NCBI RefSeq assembly: GCF_964355755.1
Contig: NC_092680.1
Coordinates: 7,440,001-7,504,000 of the forward strand
Length of the DNA stretch: 64,000 nt
Reading direction: 5' to 3'
Source of the DNA: Antedon mediterranea
Lineage: Eukaryota > Animalia > Echinodermata
In this document: positions 28,501 through 43,500 of the stretch, one piece after another
Layout of the letters: the number at the start of each line of letters is the position of its first letter
Position numbering within the stretch: the first letter of the stretch is position 1
Translations under genes and position numbers: made by a program
The notes under the pieces: generated by a model
Databases searched by the model: none
What the model saw: only the letters and a program-made list of their open reading frames with translations
Told to the model about the DNA's origin: nothing

Positions 28501-31500
28501 TGCAGCAGAAACAGACCCTTTAAATTTACTATGATTTTTGTTTTTAGAATAAGATAAATGAATAGTGAGAATTTGAATGTCAGATTCTCTTGTTAATACA
28601 AGTGTCAACACACAAGGTCTTTAAAGTCGTTGAATTATTAATTAATGTTTAATAGACCTACAAGTACCAATGCCGTCCTTTCAATTCATTGTTATATTAG
28701 ACAACACATGCCCAAGGCTACAAATAATAATTCTATCAAGTTAATGGTATACTACTACAGTATGGTAGTTCAATGATTTTGTATTCATGGGCAAGTATAG
28801 TATAAATCATCATAATATACAAACAATCCTACACTACAGTAGGTAAGCTTTAATTTTGCAGGGAAAGTGGGTTAGGGTAAGTGAACTACAGCAAAATATC
28901 ATGAACAAATGGTAAAAATTTAAGACCATGCTACGCCAGCCCTGTGTGTTTTTGTTGGCAAAATATCTAAATTGTATTGTAACAATTTAACAGCACATCC
29001 AGGATGTAATTGTGCCAGGCAGAGGTGGGCGCGGACACCCACCTTCAAATTCCTTTATCAAGCTATTGAAACTAAAATGTTACATTTACTCTACTTTACT
29101 TCCCCCTTCTCTTTTTAAGTTTTTGATGCAGTACCCTAAATAGGGATGGTCGTACTCGTAGACTAGTGGTAAAATGTATATTTCCCTTTGTTTGAATAAT
29201 CAGGGAGTGTGTCTCCTAATAAAATAAAGGGGTGTTACTGTACCATGCGAGGGGTGTTACTGTACCATGTGAGGGGTGTTACTGTACCATGCGAGGGGTG
29301 TTACTGTACCATGTGAGGGATGTTACTGTACCATGCGAGAGGTGTTACTGTGCCATGCAAGGGGTGTTACTGTACCATGTGAGGGATGTTACTGTGCCAT
29401 GCGAGAGGTGTTACTGTGCCATGTGAGGGATGTTACTGTACCATGTGAGGGGTGTTACTGTGCCATGTGAGGGGTGTTACTGTACCATGCGAGAGGTGTT
29501 ACTGTGCCATGTGAGGGATGTTACTGTGCCATGCGAGGGGTGTTACTGTACCATGTGAGGGGTGTTATTGTACCATGTGAGGGGTGTTACTGTGCCATGT
29601 GAGGGATGTTACTGTGCCATGCGAGGGGTGTTACTGTACCATGTGAGGGGTGTTACTGTGCCATGCGAGGGGTGTTACTGTGCCATGCGAGAGGTGTTAC
29701 TGTGCCATGTGAGGGATGTTACTGTGCCATGCGAGGGATGTTACTGTACCATGCGAGAGGTGTTACTGTGCCATGCGAGGGGTGTTACTGTGCCATGCGA
29801 GGGGTGTTACTGTACCATGTGAGGGGTGTTACTGTACCATGTAGGGGGTGTTACTGTACCATGTGAGGGGTGTTACTGTACCATGTGAGGGATGTTACTG
29901 TGCCATGTGAGGGATGTTACTGTACCATGCGAGAGGTGTTACTGTGCCATGTGAGGGATGTTACTGTACCATGCGAGAGGTGTTACTGTGCCATGCAAGG
30001 GGTGTTACTGTACCATGTGAGGGATGTTACTGTACCATGCGAGAGGTGTTACTGTGCCATGCAAGGGGTGTTACTGTACCATGCGAGGGGTGTTACTGTA
30101 CCATGTGAGGGATGTTACTGTGCCATGTGAGGGGTGTTACTGTACCATGTGAGGGGTGTTACTGTACCATGTGAGGGGTGTTACTGTACCATGTGAGGGG
30201 TGTTACTGTACCATGCGAGGGATGTTACTGTACCATGTGAGGGGTGTTACTGTACCATGTAGGGGGTGTTACTGTACCATGTGAGGGGTGTTACTGTACC
30301 ATGTGAGGGATGTTACTGTGCCATGTGAGGGATGTTACTGTACCATGCGAGAGGTGTTACTGTACCATGTGAGGGATGTTACTGTACCATGCGAGAGGTG
30401 TTACTGTGCCATGCAAGGGGTGTTACTGTACCATGCGAGGGGTGTTACTGTACCATGTGAGGGATGTTACTGTGCCATGTGAGGGGTGTTACTGTACCAT
30501 GTGAGGGGTGTTACTGTACCATGTGAGGGGTGTTACTGTACCATGTGAGGGGTGTTACTGTACCATGCGAGGGATGTTACTGTACCATGTGAGGGGTGTT
30601 ACTGTACCATGTGAGGGGTGTTACTGTACCATGTGAGGGGTGTTACTGTACCATGTGAGGGATGTTACTGTGCCATGCGAGGGGTGTTACTGTGCCATGC
30701 GAGGGGTGTTACTGTACCATGTGAGGGGTGTTACTGTACCATGCGAGAGGTGTTACTGTGCCATGCGAGGGGTGTTACTGTGCCATGCGAGGGGTGTTAC
30801 TGTACCATGTGAGGGGTGTTACTGTACCATGTGAGGGGTGTTATTGTACCATCTGAGGGGTGTTATTGTACCATGCGAGGGGTGTTACTGTACCATGCGA
30901 GGGGTGTTACTGTACCATGTGAGGGGTGTTATTGTACCATCTGAGGGGTGTTATTGTACCATGCGAGGGGTGTTACTATACCATCTGAGGGGTGTTATTG
31001 TACCATGTGAGGGGTGTTATTGTACCATGCGAGGGGTTCTATTGCAGTAATAATTATAAACCTAGTAATTAATAGATGGAAATAAACATAAAATGTTTCA
31101 CAATTCTTTCAGTTAAATGAATATTCATTTTGTTTTGCGAATTAAACATGTGTGTGACCTTGGCAAAAACTTATAACCTACTGAAGCTATTACTTAAATC
31201 TGCTCAAGTGCTGTAGTTACTATACACAAGAGCGTCAAACCACAGGAAACCCTTCCTTTGACAGAAGAGGTCATTAAGTATTTTTAGAGGTCAAACATCG
31301 ATGAGTAAGTCGATGCAGCTCAAATCTATTAATTTATGAAAAATTACTAAAATTAATGTGGCTATCATACTGCTTGCATTCTTAAATTAAAGATATATTG
31401 TTCCCCTAAATAAATTGTTTAATGTCACATAATAGTAATTCACTTTGACCAAAAACTGGATTGAAAAAAAATATTTACCTAAAAAAAAGGTAATTTAAAG

Positions 31501-34500
31501 CAAAAAATACTTAGATTGCTTGACTGACAGTAGGTATCCCAATGAAGCGGATTTTCGTTACCGCGATTTTAACACGTTCGTGAAATTTCAAAAAGTGACG
31601 TGTCTTTGAAGTTAAAAATATACTATTTCTGATATACACATGTGAATAAAAATTATATGTCTGGAAAGATCTTGTTTAAGGGATTATTTTCATATATTTT
31701 TAATATATGTTTATTAAATATTTTAATAGAAAACGCGAGTTAAAAATGAGGTACAAAAGCCGGCGAGCCGAAATCCGCGCGCTAAAAATAACTTTGGAAA
31801 ACACCTACACATTTTCAAAACACGATCGCACGAGGTCCATAATAGGTGGTGGAGTAATTTTTGTTGCATGTTATCAGGCTTTAAATACTCTTTATTTTGA
31901 TATGTAAATCGGTTATTATTATTATGTACATCCGCCTCAAATGTCAATTTTAACGATAAAAATTGAATTTTTTAGTCTTTCTCATTATCAAAATCTGGCT
32001 AATTTAGTATTGAATTGAAGCTAATTTATATTTCTGTTTGATAAACCACATCGTTTTATTTGACTTTGCGTGGAACTCGTGCGAAGAGGCCAACAAGACC
32101 AACCACTGAAAAAAATAATCCCTACCATAAATATCAGTGTTTACCATTTTCCTTACGGGGGGGATTCAGTTCTCCGCTTATTACTAAATTATCGTCGCCC
32201 ACACAATGTGCATGGTATGCATGTATTAGCGCGTTAATTAATGATTGGATAACCCCTGCAGTGGACTGTTCCATTTTCTGAACTAGTCTTCGCCGCACAC
32301 GAGGCATGTCGAAAAATGTCGCCTCTCATGGAATATTTGCTTCGAAACGTCAATTTTACCGATTTATTAAATTATTTAATAAGTGGAATATTTATAAATC
32401 TACTATATAAAGCAAGTACGTTAGGAAGAAATGTACCGAAGAAATTTAAGAAGCTTTGATTTTGCTATGCAGCGGCCGTAAGCCATTCTATGTAGGCGGC
32501 CGAAACGCGCTTTGGCCTGTGTTGCCGTTGTATGTCTACGCTGTTTCTAGGCCTAAATTGTATTCCGTATATTTCAATTCAAAGTGCAACTTTCGGTTAG
32601 AATAATCGAAAGGGAAATAAAATTAAACATGCTACAATTATACCATTGAGGTAATTACTTTGCTAAATAAAAAATTTCTTCCCGATATTTCTTAGGCAGA
32701 ATTTAGCGTCAGGCTTTTATTTAGACCTTGCTAGCTAGGGGCCTATCGTATTCTTGTAGTAGGCGCGGCCGAGTCTACGTTCGGCCCGGCGCTCCAAATG
32801 GAATCGAACACATAATAAGCACGGGCTTAATTCTTATTTTTGGCGGTTCGAAAATCAATTTAAATAATATATGATTATAAATATAACTTTAAATACTAGA
32901 ATTATTAAAAAAATGTATACTTACGAAAAATAACAAGAAACAATACCCACACAGTTTTTTAACGCAATATTTTTTTTTTTCACATTTTAACATTTTTTAA
33001 CAATATTTTATGTTGTATTTCAGAATTACCTACCTGTCAATATAAATAACCTTACTAAAATACATATTACATTTTATGCAATGCAAAAAAAAAGAAGTTA
33101 ATTCACACATTGGTTCAAAAGTTATGAATCATTTAAAGACAGGAACTTTTTGGGCATTTTTGAGACATTTGGGAAAATCACGCGTAAAAAGCCCTCGGAC
33201 GAATTTTGTAGGGCGATATCTAAAAAAAAAAATGTCGAGGACACCCAAAAAAAATTTTTTCTTGTACAACTCTGTTGTATCTATGGGTTTGGAAAAAATA
33301 AGAACTTTAAAATTATTAGTATAAAAGTTATAACCCTTCAAAAATGGGTTCAAATATAATTAGAAAAAGTGCCATTTTTCAAGCAAAAATCACTGTTTTT
33401 TGGGCACTTTAACGGACCATAACTTTTGAATGGATAATCCGATTTCAATCATTTAAATTGCAAAAGTTTATGTTCAGTAAGTTCCTTCTGATTAACTGAA
33501 AGAAAAAGTACCATCATTAATTTGAATTTTTACATTGGGATACCTACTGACAGACAATGGTTTTTGGTTATCTTATAGGCTTCTTTTGTCTTTTTATAAG
33601 TGAAATACAGCAATTTTTTTTAAAACTTCTAAATTAATCTTCATTTTTTTATGTTTTTGGGAAATAATACATCCTCAATTGCTGTTCTTGCATTTCTTTC
33701 TTAAGAAAAATTCTTTACTCTCAAAATCTCGTCCTTCAGATGGAAGTTATAGTAAAGCCATTGGTCCCATTTATGAACATTATACGTCTACAAACAATAC
33801 AAACTTGGTACTATACGAAAAGAGTAAGGAATCATCCTTGTGTGCTGGAGAGGGGAAATTTCCTGCTCTGAAAGAACCGTTTTGTATTGTAAGAAATAAA
33901 TTTAAAGTTGCCTCATGTAATCTTTGGAATTAACCAACAGGAATAAAAACAAGACAAACTTATAACCAGATGAGTTCTCAGTATAAATTGACTCAATGAA
34001 TCTTCATAATTCATGTGAATGAAATATTCCTAAGTTGTTGATGAGGTCACGCATCTGGAAACAGAATTGACTAATGAAATCTTAACTTCTCTAATTTTGT
34101 AACATACAATCCATTTAGTTCAATCAAAGTCGTACAAATGGTTGTATAATAAGACAACTGCTATTAACATAATTGCTTTTTTTGGTTTTGAAATTAAGAA
34201 TATTTTCAATACTGAAATATAAATGTAGATTTTAATAGTTTTATAGACCAATAAATTGGTATTTGTAGTGTTTGTAATATAATCTAGAATATTCTAGACA
34301 AATACTGTACCATATCAACTATATTTTATAAACTAGACAAGACTTTTTTATAGGGAATGATAGGAGTTTAATAAAAGGCCTAAAAGTAACTATATTTGTT
34401 TCCCAAAAGTGAAAACAATTCCATGGTTTCAATGTACAGTACTAACGAAACTGTTAATGGTTTAATGAATTATGTTTCCAAAGTCAAATATTCTGTAGTG

Positions 34501-37500
34501 TCATCTGTTTTTTTAATTTAAGATTTTAGCCCAATAGTAGTAGCGCACGACTCCATAATTATGTCATTAAATAAAATCAGCAAAAAAACCCCTCATATTG
34601 GGAGGAGAGGGGGGACCATCCTTTAAAGGAAAGGAACAACCTAATATTTTACCTAACTATTATAAAAGTAACCCTACCAACTTAATATTCAGAACAATTT
34701 ATGTTTAAATCGGATTTGTAGTTTTCTAGTAAACAGGATTTTAAAGCTGTTTTCAAGACATTTGAAAATCGCCATCTTGTGCTCATGGCAGCCTGTTTGT
34801 GACGTCAGATACGGCCGACGAAAATTGTAAGATTCGCGGTTGCATTCGGCGCTTCTATTGGATAAGCGAATCCGCTAATATGATTGGCTAATAACGCGAC
34901 ATGCGGTCATGCAGGACGGCGATGACGCGGTATGAGCATGCGCTGGCTTGGTAAACAAACCTTCGCTCGATCTTTTCTTCTGCAAGCCAATTCGTAAATC
35001 TTTCAGCTATTATTAATCTATTGTTACTTTTATTGCCTAGCTGTTTCAAACGGGATTTGGTAGGGGAATTAACTGGTAAACCTTCCAAACGAAGGCTGTT
35101 GGTTGACGATGCAGTGTCTACTTTATTTTCGTTCAACACGAGTTCTAGGCCTAGTAAGGCATAGAGTACAGATACACTGGCCGCAAGTACACCATTCTTC
35201 GACGGCTTGTTATGCTCGAGAATGTTCTTCTTCTCTTCGTTTTTCCTCATCTGCACAACGCAAAACTAACTCTCTTTCTGTATATTCTGGTTCCAAATTT
35301 TCTGAATTATAAAAACTCCAAGCCATATTCCGAATTATTAGGTATGTTAGGCTATTTAATTGATTTTATTTATGGTTATATCCCGCACTTCCATATTGAA
35401 ATACTGTACTAAGACGATGGACGCTTGGATTTGCTTGAATGCGTCCACCTAATCTGACGTCACATATTTGCTCATAACCTGTCAAAATGGCGCTGTTCAA
35501 TTTCCGATATGTTGTCGTTTAAAAGTCTATTTTTTAACTCAATTGCTTACTATTGTACCTTGAACCATTGTAATCATGTTTTTATTACATTTATCTATAA
35601 GCACAGTGGCACATTTAGCCCAGGGTGTTCCTTTCCTTTAACTTATAATTATATTGAATAATGTTTAGGAACTGATTTTATCATTTTCTAAGAACATGCG
35701 GCAGTCTACTCTATATTTTAGACTGATTCATTTTAAAGAGCTGGCTGACATTAATGTGTTGCAATAAACTGGTAAACTTCAAAGACTTTATTCACATAAA
35801 AAGACGATGATGTAAATTTGATGCATTTCAAATACTTTGGCGTGTCTAATGCCATGACTTGTAATATTAGTAATCTGAATCCCTGAAGATATAAAAATCA
35901 ATATCTATTTTATGTAGTAATAAATCAAACGTCTGCAACATGCATCCTACAGGAACAAGTTGCATTAGAATCTATGCATTACATCTTGCTATCATAAATT
36001 TAAAATTTAAACAATCAAGTTGTGATGCAAAGCTATTCCGGAATTATTATCATCTTGTTGGCTACTGCTTCCTTGAATATAACCCTAGGGTTAGAGGGTC
36101 AGCTTGGTGGTCTAGAGGTATGATCTTGTGATCTGAAGGTTGTGGATTGGAGCCCCACCTGATAATTACTTGCAAATATTCTCATATGTACTTACAGTTT
36201 TTACCATATTATTTATTAAGGAAAAGTAGCACACTAAATCATTTATTATACTACAATAGACATTTAGTATACTGTTCCATTTAGTCAATTACTAAAACAA
36301 GCAAACATTGTGAAATCAACTTCATACTTGATTTTTTATTTGATTAATATTATGATAAGTTGGATAGCACCTGACTGCTAGACAAATACTATATCAATCA
36401 CAGTAATGTTCTATCAGTAATAACAAACTCTACTATTTATTCTGCAGAAATTATTAATTAGTTCAATATTGATCAATGGCAGAGGAAGTGACTAGGAACA
36501 ATTGTCATAGCAAATTCCAATTGAATTTTGCTTCATTGATGCGGAAATGATACCATTGATTTTGTAACCATGGATACAAACTACAACTTCATCCAATTTC
36601 CTGCAAATTCTACAACTGTACTGTACTAGTAAATACTTGACACCGACAGTAATTTACTGTAAAAGGCTTTTCATTACCAAGTTTAGCAACAGGGCTAACA
36701 TAACATATCTTATTTTATTCATATAAGATAATGAATCACATAAGCAGAGACTTTATTTACCAAACAAGTTCTTATTATCTTATGGAATGGACTTGAAAAA
36801 TATGTAAACAAATTTGCTTAGTCAGGATATGAAAACTGACTTAAGCAAAACAACTGTAAAACAGAGTTAAGATAATTTATTTGCTCAACATACTTGATAA
36901 ATCTGACTCTAAATTTTCTTCATTTTGCTAATACTAATTGTCTCTGAATGGTGGGGAAAGAATTTTGGTTAAACAGGTTTGCAGATATCACAAGATCAAA
37001 ATACATTGACCGTAAAGATTTTACAGAATCTGTGCAAATTATAGAATGCCCATCACATTTTTTTAATAGCAAACTAAGATAACATACCTTTTACTTTATA
37101 AGAAAACAAACTACAAAATAGTTTAAGCAGAAATAAATTGGTGTTTTCTTTAACACCTTTGAAGTTTAATTAAGTTTACATAAATCTTTTAATTATGTTT
37201 TGATAGAAACCTTACATGGGTATCACTACTGTATGAAACCCTATCCCTAGCAAACATCTTAACCCATGAGAAACCAAATAAGGATACTGTAGAAAATACT
37301 GTAGAACAAAGACTATTTAACACAAAAACTACAAGTACATATCAATACGAAATATTGTAGTTTTTATCTAGTAGTTAAGAATTATGGGCGTGTACTTATC
37401 AAACATATTACGGTTGTTTAGTTACAGTATTGGCGAAATACTGTAAAGTAAAGTTTCCTATGTTTTTTAGATCTAATTTAAGGTCACACACTACAAAAAA

Positions 37501-40500
37501 ATTTATATTACTACTACATTTTTTCGTTTTTAAACGGTTAAAAATGTGAAAAATAAGTTTGGTTATTTTGATGATATGATCATTTAAAAAAAAAAAACAT
37601 TTTTAAAATTTATTTTAATGTTATGAAACTGAGAGTACTGTATGTGAAGCGCCGCTGATTATGAGCTTTTCATAGAAATGGGCGCTATATATAATGCTAA
37701 TGTTGTTTTAATAGAAATTGATAGCACTGTACTCATGAACATGAACAGTCAGGTTAGGATACCAGACGCTGATCACCAGTAACTTGTTATATGGTGAGAA
37801 GTTCAAATGTGGTTGTAGGATTTTTGATTTGAAAAAAGTGCACCACACATTTCATGTATTACTTCTCTTGCACCATGAAACAGACCAATTGTGCCCTGGC
37901 TATCAGGTACAGTATTGGCTGCAGTTTATCACAACAAGTGTTACAGTACATTATACTAAAATTACTATATATTATCATTTTTTGGTAATCTATATATAAA
38001 TTATGGTTAATTCTGACATAGGCGAGCACAATGCAAAAACTTCGGTACAAATCTCCGCCTTGGATACCTACCTGATCTATCTCGGATGTACCGCGAAACG
38101 TAGATTTGATAACATTAGTTTCACATCGACGCTATTGTTCCATATTTCTATCGTAGGAAGATATTATAAAAGGTTTTATAAGAAATTTTCTGATTTCAAT
38201 CGCGCGGTAGAAGTAATTTCCATGTTCACGGAAGGTGTTGGTTTCAACCAGGGAGTTGTAAAACAACTACCTGTTTCAACTACAGTAAGTTGGCCGTTGG
38301 TGCTTGGTGGCGATAGCCATTTTGTTTTTTTTGTTTATTTTCGGACCACGCGTTTGAAGGTATAGTAGTAGTACATAAAGATCAAATTAAATACATTCAT
38401 GAAACATAGGAGTAAATTGTGGGAAATAGTTATATAAAATTACATTACATCGAGAGAATTGATGATAAGAGCTTTTGTTTTGAAATCGAATGAAATCCTG
38501 ATAGCCGAGTTGTTGAGTAAGCTGCCAGGACTTTGTATGTACACTGTGCGCTATCTATATCCCGTCAGGACCCTGGGATACTTCTGCCCATGTTGCAAGC
38601 CGTCTATTAAATGTCTTCCTTCTTAGGCCACTGTGTCGCGGAATAATGTATTAATAATACCAATTAGGATAGTACTTATATGAAAAAACGCCCGGAACAC
38701 CTCCCCAATAAAACATCAATTAAAATAATTATCTCGCTACTCGACCCCACCACCCCTCCCACCCCAAATACATCTAATAAACGCCCATCCACATTTATAC
38801 TCACAATATTGCATTATATTTATAACACAATTATACACTATTTAGTAGATTTCTTCGGACTGTTTTACAATTTACCAAGCATTTGATATTCTTTTTTACC
38901 ACTTTTCATATCTACAATAAACACTATACGCCTAAAACACTATTAATCATCCAAGACACTTAGGTTAGTCAGTACGTTTAGTTTTACAAATATCAAAAGC
39001 ATTTAAATAATGGTAACCGACCGAAATTGTCCAGGCCAGAATGTCCTAACTTTTTGCGTCCCGAGTCATTATCATTCCGAGAACCATCGTCTACACTTCC
39101 TAGAGGGGCAGCGAGCGAAGCGAGCTCACCCGCTAGTACTATAAACAAGAGGAAGTAATCAACGTTTTTCAACATATTAAAGTGGGTTGGACATCACTAT
39201 AAAATAAATAAATTAAGGAACAACAAAACATCATATATTAAAATATGTATTGTACAGTAAAGCTTAAACCTTAAAAACTATGATAAGTCTGGTAATACAG
39301 TTTTTAATAACTTCCAGTACAAATAAAATTATATATTTAAAATCTATTTCACTGTATGTTTTATTTCACCTATATTATAGAGGGTAGCCCTTAACAGCAT
39401 ACAGTATGCTGACAATCAAGGAGCCCTTGAGTTATGAAAAGTTTCTGTGTGAGACAGTGGCTGTGTGTATACTAGTACACTGGGGTAACCCCCTACTCAT
39501 CTGTTAAGGTTCTTTAAAATGCACACGAGTCAGATGTGTACACTGGACCTACGGTTTATAGTCCTTATTTGAGAAGACTCGTTCTACCATCAGAACCATG
39601 GAGTGAGTGAGGCTCGAACCCTTGCCGATGTATGACAAGGTATTATGGTTCCATTGTCTTAACCGCTTGGCAAGAGGGGAAAGGGGAAAAAGAAAAAATT
39701 AACAGAGCCGAAGAAGAACAAGAAGTTTTTAACAAATGGCCAAATAAACCAATAAGGATGTTTGAGAATGAGATACAGTACTGTACACTTTTACAGTTTT
39801 CTCAATATTGTATTAAATGTAAATGTTGTATTTCTGATAAACTATCTATTTTGTAGCATTAATGGTGATAAAATCACATTAGTTCCTACACATGCATAAT
39901 TTACTATAGAACTTCCCTCTTAAAAATTTATGAAAACAATATAATGTTGCTGGTGGTAATGAAACAGTATTAAAATACTATAATCAAATAATGAAAATTG
40001 ACAGCACTGACTTTGTGGATAATTTGAATGTTAATTAAATAAAAATAAATTTGTGTTCATTCATAACAAAATGAAGCTGGAAAATGTATCCTAACTAGCC
40101 AAAAATCTACTGTAGTAGTTTTTTAACAAATTTTTTCGTTAAACAATTCACTAATGGCATAATTTCAAAAAATACCTTGATTTTAATTTATTTGTTACAA
40201 TCAATTCGTTTGACAAATTTTGCTTTGCTAGTTTATAATTATTACATCTCAGCAAAGCTTTGCTATTGGGTAAAATTTCTAGTACTTTTACCTGTAATAA
40301 GATATATTTATAAGATAGCGCACTGTACAGAGTAAATACAGCAGGTAAACAAAAAAATATATTCTATTCAATGTTTTGTTAGTTAGTGTGAAGAATACTA
40401 CAACAGAAAAGATCTGTTGAGGTGAATTATTGTGGTGAGTCACTCATCTCTTTCTGTCCTTCAGTTGTTTTCAAAGTAATCAAATCCCACACTTTATTAA

Positions 40501-43500
40501 AACCTACACATTTTTTTTAAGTCAGAAAATTTTTCCTGAGGTTATATCATTTATATATTTTTTTTTGGAGGGGGGGGGGGGGGTGAACATAAAATGTTTC
40601 AATAATACAGTAAGTTAATACTGTATGTACACTTATGTACAGTAAAAATAAAAGCAAATAATTACTATAATTGATTACTGTACTGTACATTACAATAAAA
40701 CAAAATACAATATAGAATTTATAGATAGAGATATTATATTATCTCTATGATTTAATCTACAGTAGGAAAATTTCTAATTATTTCATAAATGACCAACTTC
40801 CTTCAAGGATTCTTCAACATAATAACTTCAATACTGTTGCATTCTATTTACTGGTTCATCACTTTTTTTAAATGGAGGAGTCCAAATGGTATCACAACAC
40901 CCTTCCTATTAATAGCAATGTTTTGATTAGCTTGGGTAGTTGAAATCTGACCTTGACATAAATTGTGTACATTTCAAATCAATCAACCATGACAAAAATC
41001 ACAAACTATTTCAATAATTATTAATATAATACCACCAGTAGATTTTCTATATGTCTTCAGCATTGAATAGCATTTTCAACAGAATATTTCAGTAGCCTGT
41101 AATTTCTCAATAAAACCAATGAAAAAAATAAAAAGGTGGCTCAGACACTGATTGAATGACTTTAAAACAATCATTACAACCCATATACCACATCACATAA
41201 AGTTTGATAGTGTAAAGCTTTAAATAAAGACATTAATAAAGTATGAATGCATGCTTACACTGTATGACAGAATAAAACTAACTGTAGGCCCTATATCCAT
41301 TATTCTACTTGCATCAACAGATTTCTCTCAATGATTTGCTCTCAGGCTTTTGCCATTAAAGATTACAATCTTTATCTTTTAATATAAAATACATATTTTC
41401 AATAGAAACCTTATTACACACATATTTTTATGAACCAATAACAGATTATGATAAATATGTCACAAGATATTTCTAATGATTAAAATATGATAGAAAGAAT
41501 ATGATATATGTCAAAATAAAGGTAAAATATTAAAATTGACTGTTAATCAGTTTAGGCAAACTTCTGAAGTGGTGAAAACTGGAAAACGTGACCTGACCTG
41601 TATTTATATTAAATATGCCAATAGGGTGTCAACAGTACAGTACAGTACTTTCCTTCATGATCCTAAAACTTTCTAAAATAAAATATCAATATTAAACTTA
41701 CAGTGTACTTGGTTTGCTCTCTGTCATATATTCTCTTAAGAGGAACTTTCGATGGTGCATAATAATGCCCCAATTTAGCAAGGTAGACACCGTTTCGAAG
41801 ACCCTCTTCCAGTTCTGTCGTAGGTGGCATCTCTTCATCTATGCAAGCCTCAATCCATCTGTGTAATACAAACAAAAAATTAGAAAAATATCATACAGTA
41901 TAAGAAGTATTGTCTGAATAAAAGTATTAAATTATTGTTGAATGTCTATGAGTGCTGCTTACCTGGATAAACCAAATAGCCTATTCTTAATGTCAAAATA
42001 TAAGAACATTTATTGAATGCCCCTCTCCACAAATGGTATAGTCCATAAACTACACATTCAAATATGAGTATCTTCACAAATCAAAATAATTTGTTTGAAA
42101 TAGAAGAATATAATCATTTTTTAACAATAAAATACAAATACAATTCATATGAAAAAACTGTATACTTATTATTCAAAAAGGAATGAAGAAAACTTGATTA
42201 CAAAATGAAATGAGATCTTTCAAAAACAATTTTTAAAATTAAATCATGGATGACCTGTGTGTTATAGCAGGGAACATTTTCGCCAGTGTAGCGTAGCAAA
42301 AAGCTATACAAAATAACCTTATTGCTACACATTTTGAAAATTGTGTAGCAAAAAATACAATACAAAACTATGTTTCTCGACTTAAAAATCAGTTTGATTA
42401 GCAATATTGCTAAACAAAATTTTTAAATGAAAATTTTCCCTGTATAATAGTCAGCAAAGTGAACAAGTACCTCTTTTAACCATATAGTTTTATAATTGTG
42501 TATACAGTATAGTTAAGTAGTAGGTGACACTGCCCACCGCAAGAAATATGGTCAATTATATGAGGAAAATATGTTTTACTCCGGACCATGGAAAATCAAT
42601 TGATGTCAAATGCTATACATATTAATGTAAATACTGCACTATAAAATACAGTGATTTTTTATTTACTTTTTAGCCTCACTATTTCTACTTGTTAACAATT
42701 TGCCTATCATTTGCAATCATAAATGCAGGACATGTAAAGTATAGCTACGCTAAATCAAATAAATGAGAATAATTTAAAACAGGAAGTGTCAGTAAGCCTA
42801 ATAACAGGATTTACTGTAGTCAAACAAACGATATCTGATTTGTAATCACGACATTAGTACAGTTGTACTGTATACATTAAATTAAGTCTGCAGAAAATGT
42901 AAGCCTACTGTAATACTAGGAATCATTTGTAATTTGTTCAATAATTATAACCCTGTCATGAAATGAACCATGAGGTCATGTAAAAGGTGAAGACAGCACA
43001 GTAAAACCAAGAGACATAGAAGAAAAAAGCTTGAATTTGAACTCTAGCTAGGAATACTGTAGGATCAGGGTAGTCCTCTCACATTTTGGTGATTAGTGAC
43101 TGACAAGCCATGCTACAGTGTACTGTGATTTTAGAAACATTAGTGTCGGCATGTGAGGATACATAGTTGTTTAAATGCCGCCCCCTTTTTTTTTTGGTTT
43201 CTCACGATTTTTCTTTATTCTTTATTTCAAGCCAACAGTGTAAAACACCAATAACAGGTTGAAAATAAATAACTAAACAATAAAATATGAGCCAATATAA
43301 TATATACAAAATGAAAAAAAGATTATTTAAATAATTTCATTAATAATACATGTAAATTGAGAAAAATTAAAGTTAAAAATATCTTAAGAATTATTTTTTA
43401 AAAGACAAGAATTGTACAATGACGAGAGTCTACAGAAAATACCATTTTTACAAACATTGACACGAGAATATTTCCCTCCCCTCACCAACCTTTCAAACAG

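Noticed and set aside
29228-31050. Cys/His-rich ORFs (VPCEGCYC repeats) resembling metallothionein or zinc-binding proteins
   Set aside because: They are translations of a 22-bp minisatellite whose period is not a multiple of 3, with frequent stops and no splice context.
33076-33359. Lys-rich ORFs inside the 2-kb transposon
   Set aside because: Short, open in several frames and without transposase motifs.
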